Position numbers and translations under genes: made by a program. Shown here piece by piece: positions 20,390 through 29,644 of a stretch of 64,000 nucleotides of DNA; the stretch's first letter is position 1, and the number at the start of each line of letters is the position of its first letter. The DNA is from an uncultured Clostridia bacterium. GTDB lineage: Bacteria > Bacillota > Clostridia > Oscillospirales > CAG-272. The stretch spans positions 8,247-72,246 of the forward strand of contig CANQPT010000003.1 of the NCBI GenBank assembly GCA_947625805.1, written 5' to 3'. The notes below the pieces were generated by a model. The model worked only from the letters and a program-made list of their open reading frames with translations, did not search any database and was not told the DNA's origin.

Positions 20390-21009
20390 AACGCGGCGAT
20401 GCAGTCGTTTCGGCAATATTTGAATGGGCGGAGATGTTCGCCGTGGCTATTTGCGCGGTCATTTTAGTGCTGACACTGTTGGTGCGTCATTCTCCCGTGA
20501 CCGGGCATTCCATGTACCCGACACTGGTGGGAGCGCCCGCATCTTCCGCTCCCGATCCCCTTGCCGCCGAGCCGGGCAAGCAGGACGTATTGCTGGTCAG
20601 CAATCTTTTGTACCGTCCGCAATCGGGCGATATTGTGGTGACCCAGTCGGACTATAAAATGGACGAGCCGCTGGTCAAGCGGGTGATTGCCGTCGCAGGC
20701 GACAGCGTACGCATTGATTTTGACTCATGGGGCGTCTATGTGAACGGGCGGATGCTGACCGAGGACTATGTCAACCGCTTGGAAGGCTCCATGTATTCGG
20801 CCGATTTTTACGAGGTGGTTTCCCAGTGCGAGCGCTCCGAGGACGGCGGATATATCATTCCGGAGGGATATCTTTTCTGCATGGGCGACAACCGCAATAT
20901 GTCGATGGACAGCCGCTCGGAGGCAGTGGGACTGATCGATGCGCGATACGTGATCGGTAAGGTGTTCTTCCGCATCTATCCCTTTGACCGCATAGGAGCG
21001 GTGAAATAA
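20386..21009 (+). CDS. lepB: Signal peptidase I
   Basis: GHSMYPT (Ser), LVKRVIA (Lys), MGDNRNMSMDSR. Confidence 0.95.
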   Translation: MKRGDAVVSAIFEWAEMFAVAICAVILVLTLLVRHSPVTGHSMYPTLVGAPASSAPDPLAAEPGKQDVLLVSNLLYRPQSGDIVVTQSDYKMDEPLVKRVIAVAGDSVRIDFDSWGVYVNGRMLTEDYVNRLEGSMYSADFYEVVSQCERSEDGGYIIPEGYLFCMGDNRNMSMDSRSEAVGLIDARYVIGKVFFRIYPFDRIGAVK

Positions 21010-21869
21010 TGCCTTCTCAGCTGATCCAATGGTTTCCGGGTCATATGGCCAAAACCCGCCGTATGATCGGTGAGCGGCTGAAAGACGTAGACGCGATATT
21101 GGAACTGCTGGACGCACGTATTCCCGAAAGTTCGCGCAACCCGGAGATACGCGCAATCGTAGGGGACAAGCCCATGCTGACCCTGTTCACCAAGAGCGCA
21201 CTGTCCGACCCCGCAGTCAACGAGGCATGGAAGCGCGCTTTTGCGGCCGAAGGGCAGAGCAGTTTGTTCATCGACTGCATTACCGGGCAAAATCTCAACA
21301 AAATTGTTCCCGCCCTGCGAGAGCTGTGCGCCGACAAGGTGGCGCGTTACGAGCAAAAAGGAATGCAGGGCAGGGCCCTGCGGGTCATGGTGGTGGGCAT
21401 TCCGAACGTGGGTAAAAGTTCGCTGATCAACCGCCTGTGCGGCGCGAAAAAGGCCAAGGTGGAGGATCGTCCGGGCGTGACCCTGACCGGACAGTGGGTC
21501 AAGGCGAACGGCTTGGAACTTCTCGATATGCCGGGTGTGCTGTGGCCCAAGTTCGAGGACCGTCGGGTGGGGGAAAACCTCGCTATGACCGGCGCGATCA
21601 AGGACACGATCATGGACACCGAGACTCTGGCGGCCGCTCTCGCAGGCAGACTGCGGGGTCTTTACCCCGAACTGCTGTGCGAGCGTTATAAACTAAGCGG
21701 GATCCCGGAGGACATGGAAAACTGGGAGTTGCTTGAGGCGATCGGACGCAAGCGTGGATTTCTCGTTTCCGGCGGTCAAGTGAACTACGAGCGAAGCGCC
21801 GCCGCACTGCTCGACGATTTCCGGTCGGCGCGGATCGGAAAGATATCACTGGAGAGACCGTTTTGCTAA
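21009..21869 (+). CDS. rbgA: Ribosome biogenesis GTPase A
   Basis: IQWFPGHMAK, DARIP, GIPNVGKSS, DRPGVT, DMPG. Confidence 0.97.
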   Translation: MPSQLIQWFPGHMAKTRRMIGERLKDVDAILELLDARIPESSRNPEIRAIVGDKPMLTLFTKSALSDPAVNEAWKRAFAAEGQSSLFIDCITGQNLNKIVPALRELCADKVARYEQKGMQGRALRVMVVGIPNVGKSSLINRLCGAKKAKVEDRPGVTLTGQWVKANGLELLDMPGVLWPKFEDRRVGENLAMTGAIKDTIMDTETLAAALAGRLRGLYPELLCERYKLSGIPEDMENWELLEAIGRKRGFLVSGGQVNYERSAAALLDDFRSARIGKISLERPFC

Positions 21870-22462
21870 ACTGGGAATTGGAAGATGAATATTATGCGCA
21901 GGGGTACAAGATCATCTGCGGCACGGACGAGGCCGGACGAGGACCGCTGGCCGGACCCGTCTACGCGGCGGCGGTCATTCTGCCCTGCGGCCTTGAGGTT
22001 GAAGGGCTGAACGACTCTAAAAAAATATCCGAAAAAAAGCGGGAACGCTTATACGACGTCATCCGTGCGTACGCAGTCAGTTATGCGGTCGCGTCGGTCG
22101 GCCCCGCCGAGATCGACCGGATCAATATTCTGAGTGCGGCGCAGCTTGCCATGCGGCAGGCGGTAGCCGCCCTTGACCCGGCGCCTGATCTTACGCTGGT
22201 GGACGGAAATGTGGCCAGAGATTTTCCCATGCGCGCTTGCCCGATCGTCAAGGGGGACGCCAAAAGCCCGAATATTGCGGCGGCGTCTATCCTTGCCAAG
22301 GTCGAGCGGGACAGGTATTGCCTCGAGATGGACGCCCGCTATCCCGAATATCGGTTTGCCGTGCATAAGGGCTATCCGACCAAAGAACATATGGATCTGC
22401 TGCGCACGATCGGCCCTTGTCCTGAGCACCGCAAAACGTTTCTGAAATTTCTTGACAAATGA
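21863..22462 (+). CDS. rnhB: Ribonuclease HII
   Basis: GTDEAGRGPLAGPV, LNDSKK, IAAASILAKV, HKGYPT. Confidence 0.97.
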   Translation: MLNWELEDEYYAQGYKIICGTDEAGRGPLAGPVYAAAVILPCGLEVEGLNDSKKISEKKRERLYDVIRAYAVSYAVASVGPAEIDRINILSAAQLAMRQAVAALDPAPDLTLVDGNVARDFPMRACPIVKGDAKSPNIAAASILAKVERDRYCLEMDARYPEYRFAVHKGYPTKEHMDLLRTIGPCPEHRKTFLKFLDK

Positions 22463-22854
22463 CTTTCTTTCGTTCGACCAAGCAGACCGGCGACCTGGGG
22501 GAAAAGGAGGCGGCCAAGCTGCTCAAAAAGAGCGGCTGGCGCATTTGCGCACGCAACTACCGCACTCCGCACGGTGAGATAGACATTGTGGCACAAAACG
22601 CCGAATATATTATCTTTGTCGAAGTCAAGACCCGTAACCTGCGCGCCGACAGCCGCTACGGCAGACCCGCCGACGCGGTCGACCGTCGCAAGCGGGGATA
22701 TCTGCGGTACAGCGCGGCATATTATCTTCATGAGCACCCGTGCAGTAAAAAGCAGCGCATGGACATTATCGAGGTCTACAAAAGCGAGCAAAATGGCAAA
22801 TTTACCGTGGAAGAACTTCGGCATATCCCGGGTGCGTTTGGAGCAAGCGGATGA
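22459..22854 (+). CDS. YraN-family (UPF0102) putative endonuclease
   Basis: GDLGEKEA, RNYR, GEIDIVA, FVEVKTR; typical position after rnhB. Confidence 0.92.
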   Translation: MTFFRSTKQTGDLGEKEAAKLLKKSGWRICARNYRTPHGEIDIVAQNAEYIIFVEVKTRNLRADSRYGRPADAVDRRKRGYLRYSAAYYLHEHPCSKKQRMDIIEVYKSEQNGKFTVEELRHIPGAFGASG

Positions 22855-23693
22855 AATTATCGTATTTTGACCTGCATTGCGACACGCTCTACGAGCGTTG
22901 GCGTGCACCGTCTACCCCCAAGCATCTCGACCGTGCGGGCGATTTTGCCGCCCGACGGCAGATTTACGCGGTATGGAGCGAGCATTCACTTTCGGCGGAC
23001 GAGGCTTACCGGCAGTTTTTTGAGATTGTGAAAGCCGTGCCGCTGCCGCCCGACGGTATGCTTGCCGTAGAGGGCGGAGAATTGTTGGGAGAGGATCTGT
23101 CCCGCTTGGATGCACTGGCCGCATACGATCTTGCCTATCTGACACTTGTTTGGCGGGATGAATGCGCCATCGGCGGCGCATGGAATACCGATAAAGGGCT
23201 GACCCCGTTCGGCCGGAAAGCGGTCAGGCGTTTGGGCGAGTTGGGCATTCTTCCCGATCTGTCTCACGCATCGGACGCGACCTTTTACGATACTGTCGAG
23301 CTGACCGATACCTTTATCGTTACGCATTCCAATTCCCGCGCGATCTGCCCCCACGGACGCAACCTGACCGACGAGATGTTCGGCATCGTGCGGGATGCGC
23401 ACAGCCTTGTAGGGATCAATCTGTGTCCCGCTTTTCTGCGGGAGGACGGAAACGCCGGGATCGCTGACGTCATGGCGCATATTGAGCACTTTCTTGCGCT
23501 GGGCGGGGAACATACGCTTTGCTTTGGCTGCGATTTTGACGGCATCGGGCACACCCCGGCCGGCATCGGCGGACCCGCCGACCTGTATGCCGTCGCCGAG
23601 CAAATGGCAAAAGCGGGATACAGCGATACGCTGATCGGCAAAATTTTTTACGACAACGCAAATCAATACTTTCAAAAGGAAGATAAAATATGA
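22851..23693 (+). CDS. Membrane dipeptidase (M19)
   Basis: DLHCDT, VEGG, DLSHAS, THSN, GCDFDG. Confidence 0.88.
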   Translation: MKLSYFDLHCDTLYERWRAPSTPKHLDRAGDFAARRQIYAVWSEHSLSADEAYRQFFEIVKAVPLPPDGMLAVEGGELLGEDLSRLDALAAYDLAYLTLVWRDECAIGGAWNTDKGLTPFGRKAVRRLGELGILPDLSHASDATFYDTVELTDTFIVTHSNSRAICPHGRNLTDEMFGIVRDAHSLVGINLCPAFLREDGNAGIADVMAHIEHFLALGGEHTLCFGCDFDGIGHTPAGIGGPADLYAVAEQMAKAGYSDTLIGKIFYDNANQYFQKEDKI

Positions 23694-25165
23694 ATTATCA
23701 AAGCACAAGAGGCGGCGCAGAACGTGTGAGCGCGGCGCAGGCGATCAAACAGGGTTTGGCTTCCGACGGAGGTCTGTTTTTACCGGAGGAACTGCCGCAT
23801 TTTGCGGAGGGCGAGCTTGAAAAGATCGGGAAGATGGATTATCCCCATCGGGCGGCGCACATCTTAGCAAAATTTTTGACCGATTACACCGAGGCCGAAC
23901 TGCTGGCCGACTGCACCCAAGCGTACGGCGAGTCCCGTTTCCCGGGCGGCGCCGCGCCCATCGCAGATTATTCGGACAGCGTCAAGATCCTCGAGTTGTG
24001 GCACGGACCGACCTGCGCCTTCAAGGACATGGCCCTGCAAATCATGCCCCGATTGCTTTCCCGCGCACTGACCAAAACAGGAGAGCGGCGCACGGCATTG
24101 ATTTTGGTTGCCACCAGCGGTGACACCGGCAAAGCGGCGCTGGAGGGATACCGGGATATTCCGGGCGTGAAGATTCAGGTCTTTTATCCCGTCGACGGAG
24201 TGTCAAAGATTCAAAAGCGGCAGATGGCGACCCAGGAGGGAGCAAACGTGCAGGTGTGCGCCATTCGCGGCAATTTTGACCATGCGCAGAACGGCGTCAA
24301 GCGCCTGTTTGCCGACCGGGAACTGGCGGATGAATTGAACGGGGATAAGGTCTTTCTTTCCAGCGCCAATTCCATCAACTGGGGCAGACTTGCCCCCCAG
24401 ATTGTCTATTATGTTTCGGCCTACTGCGATATGGTATCGCAGGGTACTCTTGCCATGGGTGAGGCGCTCACAGTCTGCGTGCCTACCGGAAACTTCGGCA
24501 ATATTTTCGCCGCCTTCCTTGCAAAACAGATGGGTCTGCCGATCGGCCGACTGATCTGCGCGTCCAATCAGAACAATGTTTTGACCGATTTCTTGAAAAC
24601 CGGCGTATATGACAGGAACAGAGAGTTTTATACCACCATCAGCCCGTCCATGGACATTCTGATCTCCTCCAATTTAGAGCGCCTGCTCTATCTGCTCGGC
24701 GGCGCAGAGCAGACCGCGGGCTATATGGCCGCACTTACGGAGCAGGGAAAATATGAAATTTCTGCCCATCTGAAAGCCAGGATCGCAGAGCATTTTGTGG
24801 GCGGCTTCAGTACCGAGGAGCAGACCCGTGCGACCATCCACGAGGCGTTCGGGAACGGTTATCTGTGCGATACCCACACGGCGGTGGCACTGCACTGTGC
24901 GTTAAACGATCAAAAAGAAAACCCCGGTGAGAAGATCCTCGTAGTCTCCACTGCTTCTCCATATAAGTTTGCCGCCAGCGTGCTTTCCTCGATCTCGGAC
25001 AAAATTCCCGCCGATGAGTTTGACGCCATCGACGCTCTCGAGCGGACAAGCAATACCAAAGCGCCCGCACCCCTTGCGGCCCTGTGGAATAAGACCGTGC
25101 GCTTTGACGGAGTGATCGACGCACACGAAATGCGGGACGCGGTGCTCGATTTCGCCCGTTCATAA
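23690..25165 (+). CDS. thrC: Threonine synthase
   Basis: YQSTRG, ELWHGPTCAFKD (PLP Lys), ATSGDTG, SANSINWGR, VPTGNFGN, SPSMDIL. Confidence 0.97.
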   Translation: MNYQSTRGGAERVSAAQAIKQGLASDGGLFLPEELPHFAEGELEKIGKMDYPHRAAHILAKFLTDYTEAELLADCTQAYGESRFPGGAAPIADYSDSVKILELWHGPTCAFKDMALQIMPRLLSRALTKTGERRTALILVATSGDTGKAALEGYRDIPGVKIQVFYPVDGVSKIQKRQMATQEGANVQVCAIRGNFDHAQNGVKRLFADRELADELNGDKVFLSSANSINWGRLAPQIVYYVSAYCDMVSQGTLAMGEALTVCVPTGNFGNIFAAFLAKQMGLPIGRLICASNQNNVLTDFLKTGVYDRNREFYTTISPSMDILISSNLERLLYLLGGAEQTAGYMAALTEQGKYEISAHLKARIAEHFVGGFSTEEQTRATIHEAFGNGYLCDTHTAVALHCALNDQKENPGEKILVVSTASPYKFAASVLSSISDKIPADEFDAIDALERTSNTKAPAPLAALWNKTVRFDGVIDAHEMRDAVLDFARS

Positions 25166-25168
25166 GGC

Positions 25169-25876
25169 ATGGCCCTGTTTGTGCTGGCTGACCCGCATTT
25201 GTCCTTTGACACGGACAAGCCGATGGACGTTTTCGGTGACCGATGGCGGGATCATGCAAAGAAACTCAAGGCAGGCTTTGAGGCGGTGGTGACCGACCAG
25301 GATACGGTGGTTATCCCGGGGGATTTGTCATGGGGAATCAATCTTGCAGAGGCGCAGACCGATCTTTTGTTTCTTGCCTCGCTTCCCGGGCATAAAGTGC
25401 TTTCCCGCGGCAATCACGATTATTATTGGAATTCGCTCTCCAAAATGCGGGAGTTGTTTGCCGCCCACGGACACACCAACATCGAATTTTTGCAGAACAA
25501 CGCCATCCGTGCGCAGGGTGCGGTGCTGGTTGGCTCACGCGGTTGGTTTGCCGACCCGGCGGATATGCCCCGCGACGCAGACTATGCCAAGATTGCCGCA
25601 CGTGAGGCGTTGCGGTTGGAGATGAGCCTACAGGCCGGGCAGTCGGTCGCAGACGGGCAAGAGATGATCGCATTCTTTCATTTCCCGCCCGTGTTCGGCG
25701 ATTTCGTCTGTCAGGAAACGGTGGAACTATTAAAGCAATACGGCGTGCGGCGGGTCTATTACGGGCATATCCACGGCCTCTACCGCATTCCGCGGGTGCG
25801 CGTGTACGAGGGCATCGAGTTTCACATCATTTCGGCCGATTATCTGAATTTTGTCCCGGAACTGATCCGGGTGTAA
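25169..25876 (+). CDS. Calcineurin-like metallophosphoesterase
   Basis: ADPH, GDLSWG, GNHDY, FFHFPP, YGHIH. Confidence 0.9.
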   Translation: MALFVLADPHLSFDTDKPMDVFGDRWRDHAKKLKAGFEAVVTDQDTVVIPGDLSWGINLAEAQTDLLFLASLPGHKVLSRGNHDYYWNSLSKMRELFAAHGHTNIEFLQNNAIRAQGAVLVGSRGWFADPADMPRDADYAKIAAREALRLEMSLQAGQSVADGQEMIAFFHFPPVFGDFVCQETVELLKQYGVRRVYYGHIHGLYRIPRVRVYEGIEFHIISADYLNFVPELIRV

Positions 25877-25948
25877 CAAAGAAACGCTTGTGATAATCGC
25901 CATCGCGGATCTCCGGACAGATCTCGCGCTTGATGCGGTATACAGAAA

Positions 25949-26001
25949 AATCCCCACAGTGTGTGATCCCGAATCGTTTCGGAGATCTTTCTGTGGGGAT
26001 T
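25949..26001 (-). terminator. Long hairpin terminator for minus-strand genes
   Basis: AATCCCCACAG (25949-59) pairs with CTGTGGGGATT (25991-26001), inner stem GATC-CCGAA/TTCGG-A-GATC; A run on the left is the U tract on the minus strand. Confidence 0.7.
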
Positions 26002-26309
26002 AAAGTTTTGTAGCTTTTTTATAACATTTTTATTTATTCTTATTTTTTTCAGCAATACTGAGTTGTGAAAAGATAACACTAAACAAACTAGGTATTACGG
26101 CATATCCTGCATTTACTTCTCCTTTATTTATCAGTACGTAACCTGCACCAATAAAAGTTAATATACAAAATACAAATGATAATATTCTGAATATTTTCTT
26201 TTTTTGCATAAAATTTCACCTCTTACAAATTGCTGTTTGTTTTCCAATCTTATTATACTACAAAGTTGATAATATTGAAAGTATCTATTATAATCAAACA
26301 GGGGGATTA
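25995..26309. mobile_element. AT-rich single-gene insertion flanked by 8-bp direct repeats (GGGGATTA)
   Basis: GGGGATTA at 25995-26002 and 26302-26309; hand-counted 60-nt lines inside are 18-30% GC versus GC-rich flanks; contains promoter, RBS and ORF; no recombinase. Confidence 0.6.
26030..26209 (-). CDS. 59-aa two-TM membrane protein (not in ORF track)
   Basis: Hand translation MQKKKIFRILSFVFCILTFIGAGYVLINKGEVNAGYAVIPSLFSVIFSQLSIAEKNKNK*; GAGGTG RBS 7 nt upstream; TTCAAT-16-TATAAT promoter at 26252-26279. Confidence 0.8.
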   Translation of the reverse strand: MQKKKIFRILSFVFCILTFIGAGYVLINKGEVNAGYAVIPSLFSVIFSQLSIAEKNKNK

Positions 26310-27023
26310 TCGTAAATTGTGATTGACCAACCACAGCACTGCGTAGATGATCGGCTGGTGCAGCAGGTAGAAGATCAGACTGTGCCGTCCGACAAAGGCA
26401 AGCGGCGAAAAGGTCGCAGTCATCACCCGGAAATCCGACAGGTGCGCCTCGATTGCCCGATAAAGAAAATATCCGCACAAGAATAAGAACAACCACGGAA
26501 ACAGCGGGAAGTAGTCGCCGGAGGAAAAATCGGCAAACGGAAATCCGAGATAGGCGGTCAGATAATTGCAATAGAGCCGATTCGGTCCAAGGCCGACGCT
26601 CGTGATATACGCGCATACCTCATAGAGCACAAAGCACACAGGAATCATAGGAACGGGCGGTAGTTTTTCAAACAGGCGGGAGAGCGGAATCAGAATGAGC
26701 ATACAGCTTCCCAGCAGGGTGAGAATGCCGAAGATCACAGCCGTGGCGGGGGAGGCGATCAGAGTGACGACGGTGACCAGCGCGCCTGCGCCGAACACGG
26801 TCAGCGCCCGCCGCAGCCGATGGGAGCCAAGCGACCAGCAAAAGCCGGACAGAAGAATAAAGCCGCAGCAGATACATCTCTGCCATATCCTGCCGGGAAG
26901 AGCGCGATACCACGGCGCCGTAAAATCAAACAAATACACCATGTCCCAAAGCGTATGGTAAGCGATCATATTCAGCACCAGTATGCCGCGCATACTGTCA
27001 AGCAGTCCGAAGCGTTTTTTCAT
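26307..27023 (-). CDS. DUF1624/HGSNAT-like membrane acyltransferase
   Basis: RFGLLDSMRG, YHTLWD, FILLSG, GVIFGILTLLG-like TM, DYFPLFPW, GRHSLIFYLLHQP; start set at MKKRFG. Confidence 0.85.
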   Translation of the reverse strand: MKKRFGLLDSMRGILVLNMIAYHTLWDMVYLFDFTAPWYRALPGRIWQRCICCGFILLSGFCWSLGSHRLRRALTVFGAGALVTVVTLIASPATAVIFGILTLLGSCMLILIPLSRLFEKLPPVPMIPVCFVLYEVCAYITSVGLGPNRLYCNYLTAYLGFPFADFSSGDYFPLFPWLFLFLCGYFLYRAIEAHLSDFRVMTATFSPLAFVGRHSLIFYLLHQPIIYAVLWLVNHNLR

Positions 27024-27235
27024 CTTGTCTTTTACGTCCTTGTGTATTTTATTTATTATACACGATACACTCCGGATGTGCAAGACAAAAAGAAAGGCCG
27101 GCAAATTTTTCGGGTCTGTTCCGCACGGCAGGCAATCCATCTCCCGCCGCCATACATAAGGTTTTGTATAAGGACAGGCGGCGAAAATTTTGCTTGGGCA
27201 TTGAGTTTTCACACAAAACATGGTAAAATATATAT

Positions 27236-27904
27236 ATGAATATCAAGACCTTGGACGCAGAGCAATATATCGACAATCCGTACGGTCTGATTATCCCTTT
27301 TTCGGTGATCGGTAAGGTCGAGGGCGAGTTTGACTATACGGTTTTTGACAGTTGCCTGCCGCTGTTAGACGGCCGGCTTGGCGCACGCATCGACGACTAT
27401 CTGACCGACGGGTTTTACGATCGTGTGCGTGCGGCTCTGAGCGATACCGTGCGTGCGCTCGGCTTTGAGCCGGATGGGGAACTCACCCGGTCCTATCTTT
27501 TGCAATACCGCACAGAGCGCGCCTGCGGCGAGGTCTTTGCCGATACCGTGCGCATCGACCGGCCGGAGGACTACGTCGACCGGACCGGATCGGATTTTGA
27601 GAACGGTGCGTTCCCGGTTTTTGCGACCCTGCGGGACGGGCAGATCCTGTCGGTCTGCGGGGTCAACGGGCTTTTGGAGGACGGAGTTGCCGAGATCGCG
27701 GTGCATACCGTACCCGAGTTGCGCCGCCGGGGTCATGCCCGTTCGGCTGTCTGTGCCATGACCGCTTTTCTTGCCGATCGCGGCTATACGACCGCCTATC
27801 AGTGCGAGCCGGACAATTCCGCGTCGATCGCGCTTGCCGGGGCTTGCGGCCTTGCGCTGTACAGCCGTGATTATCACTTTGTATGCTACGGGAGGGATGA
27901 CTGA
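27236..27904 (+). CDS. GNAT-family acetyltransferase with extra N-terminal region
   Basis: C-terminal EIAVHTVPELRRRGHA acetyl-CoA motif and NSASIALA...CG. Confidence 0.8.
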   Translation: MNIKTLDAEQYIDNPYGLIIPFSVIGKVEGEFDYTVFDSCLPLLDGRLGARIDDYLTDGFYDRVRAALSDTVRALGFEPDGELTRSYLLQYRTERACGEVFADTVRIDRPEDYVDRTGSDFENGAFPVFATLRDGQILSVCGVNGLLEDGVAEIAVHTVPELRRRGHARSAVCAMTAFLADRGYTTAYQCEPDNSASIALAGACGLALYSRDYHFVCYGRDD

Positions 27905-29631
27905 TGGCGCTGGATGCCGGGATGGTGGCATGCCTTTGCCGCGAGTTACACGATATCCTTTCCGGCGGAAAGGTCGATAAGGTTTATCAGCCATCTAAGG
28001 ACGAGGTGGTGCTGACCGTGCGGGTGGGCGCGCGTACCGAGCGCCTGCTCTTATCCTGCGCGCCGGGCAGTGCGCGCGGATGTTTAACCGATCAAAAATA
28101 CGAAAATCCGGCAGTACCGCCCATGTTCTGTATGCTGCTGCGTAAGCATCTTTCGGGCGCGAAGTTATGCTCTGTAAGCCAGCCGGGCTTTGAGCGGGTG
28201 ATGATTTTCGCTTTTGATACCCGGGACGAGTTGGGTTTTGCCTGCGAAAAGTATCTGGTGCTCGAACTTGTCGGAAAATTCAGCAATCTGATCTTTCTGA
28301 ATGAACACAAAAAGATAATCAGCGCAGTGCGCACGGTGGATTTTTCCGATTCCGACCGGCGTCAGATACTGCCGGGTATCGCATACGAACTGCCGCCCGC
28401 GCAGGACAAGCGGAATCCGCTTACCGAGAGCGAGCAGGATTTTCGTGAAAAACTTTCGGGCGCTGTCGGCGCTGCCGACCGGTATCTTGTGGCAAGTTAC
28501 CTCGGTCTTTCGCCGCTGGTCGCCCGTGAGATCGTATACAGCGCCGAGCGCGAAACCGGCCGTCCTGTGAGCGAATGTGACCCCGACAGGCTGTGGTTTT
28601 ATTTTCACACGGTTACCGAACGCATTCGTACGGGCGATTATCTTCCCACCCTGATCTCCGACCGGGAGGGCGGGGCAGTGGAATATTCTTTTATGCCTAT
28701 CAAGCAGTACGGCGTCGGCTTGGTAGAAGAGCACCCTGAGCGTGCGAGTGAACTGCTTGAGCGATTTTTCCGGAATCGCGCCGACCGCGACCGGATGCGG
28801 GGGCGTTCGGCAGATATCCTGCGCTTGCTTACCAACGCGCAGTCCCGGCTTGAGCGCAAGATCGCCCTGCAGACCGAGGAACTTGCCGACTGTGCACAAA
28901 TGGAAACCTATCGTCTGTACGGGGATCTTTTGACCGCAAATCTGTACGCGCTGCATCGTGGCAAGACCATCGTGAGCCTGCCCAACTATTACGATCCCGA
29001 CTGCGCCCCGGTAGAAATCCCGCTGGACGGGCGTCTGAGCCCTGCCGCCAACGCGCAGAAATACTATAAAAAATACAACAAGTGCAAGCATGCCTTTCGG
29101 GTGTTAGAAGAGCAGATCAAGCGGGCACGGGAGGACATCGCCTATATCGACACGGTTTTCGACGCTCTCTGCCGTGCCGAGACGACCGTCGACCTTGATC
29201 AGATCAGAGAAGAACTATATCACGCGGGCTTTGCCTCCCGCATGAAGGATTACGAGAAGAAAAAGCAAAAACCGCCCGCTCCCCTCGAGTTCCGCACGAC
29301 CGGCGGGCTGCGGGTGCTCTGCGGGCGCAACAATACCCAAAACGATTATCTTACTACCAAACTGGCCGCCAAAAGCGACTATTGGTTTCACGTCAAGGAC
29401 GCGCCGGGCAGCCACGTCATCCTGTGCTGCGAGGGGAGGACTCCATCCGATGCAGACCTGACCGAGGCGGCCGAGATTGCCGCCGCCCACTCAAAATTAG
29501 CGGAGGGCAGCAATGTTCCGGTGGACTACACGCCCGTGCGCTATGTCAAAAAGCCCGTAGGCGCAAAGCCGGGCTATGTCATCTATCATACAAACCGGAC
29601 CGCATACGTGACTCCGGAAAAAAAGAATTAG
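27904..29631 (+). CDS. rqcH: NFACT-family ribosome quality control protein (RqcH/FbpA)
   Basis: MALDAG, GKVDKVYQP, PPMFCMLLRKHL, GRNNTQND, WFHVKDAPGSHV. Confidence 0.93.
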   Translation: MALDAGMVACLCRELHDILSGGKVDKVYQPSKDEVVLTVRVGARTERLLLSCAPGSARGCLTDQKYENPAVPPMFCMLLRKHLSGAKLCSVSQPGFERVMIFAFDTRDELGFACEKYLVLELVGKFSNLIFLNEHKKIISAVRTVDFSDSDRRQILPGIAYELPPAQDKRNPLTESEQDFREKLSGAVGAADRYLVASYLGLSPLVAREIVYSAERETGRPVSECDPDRLWFYFHTVTERIRTGDYLPTLISDREGGAVEYSFMPIKQYGVGLVEEHPERASELLERFFRNRADRDRMRGRSADILRLLTNAQSRLERKIALQTEELADCAQMETYRLYGDLLTANLYALHRGKTIVSLPNYYDPDCAPVEIPLDGRLSPAANAQKYYKKYNKCKHAFRVLEEQIKRAREDIAYIDTVFDALCRAETTVDLDQIREELYHAGFASRMKDYEKKKQKPPAPLEFRTTGGLRVLCGRNNTQNDYLTTKLAAKSDYWFHVKDAPGSHVILCCEGRTPSDADLTEAAEIAAAHSKLAEGSNVPVDYTPVRYVKKPVGAKPGYVIYHTNRTAYVTPEKKN

Positions 29632-29644
29632 AGAGGATCAAATC

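Noticed and set aside
25840-26079. 79-aa minus-strand ORF spanning the cassette junction
   Set aside because: Crosses the GC boundary and terminator, lacks an RBS, and conflicts with the better-supported 59-aa ORF.
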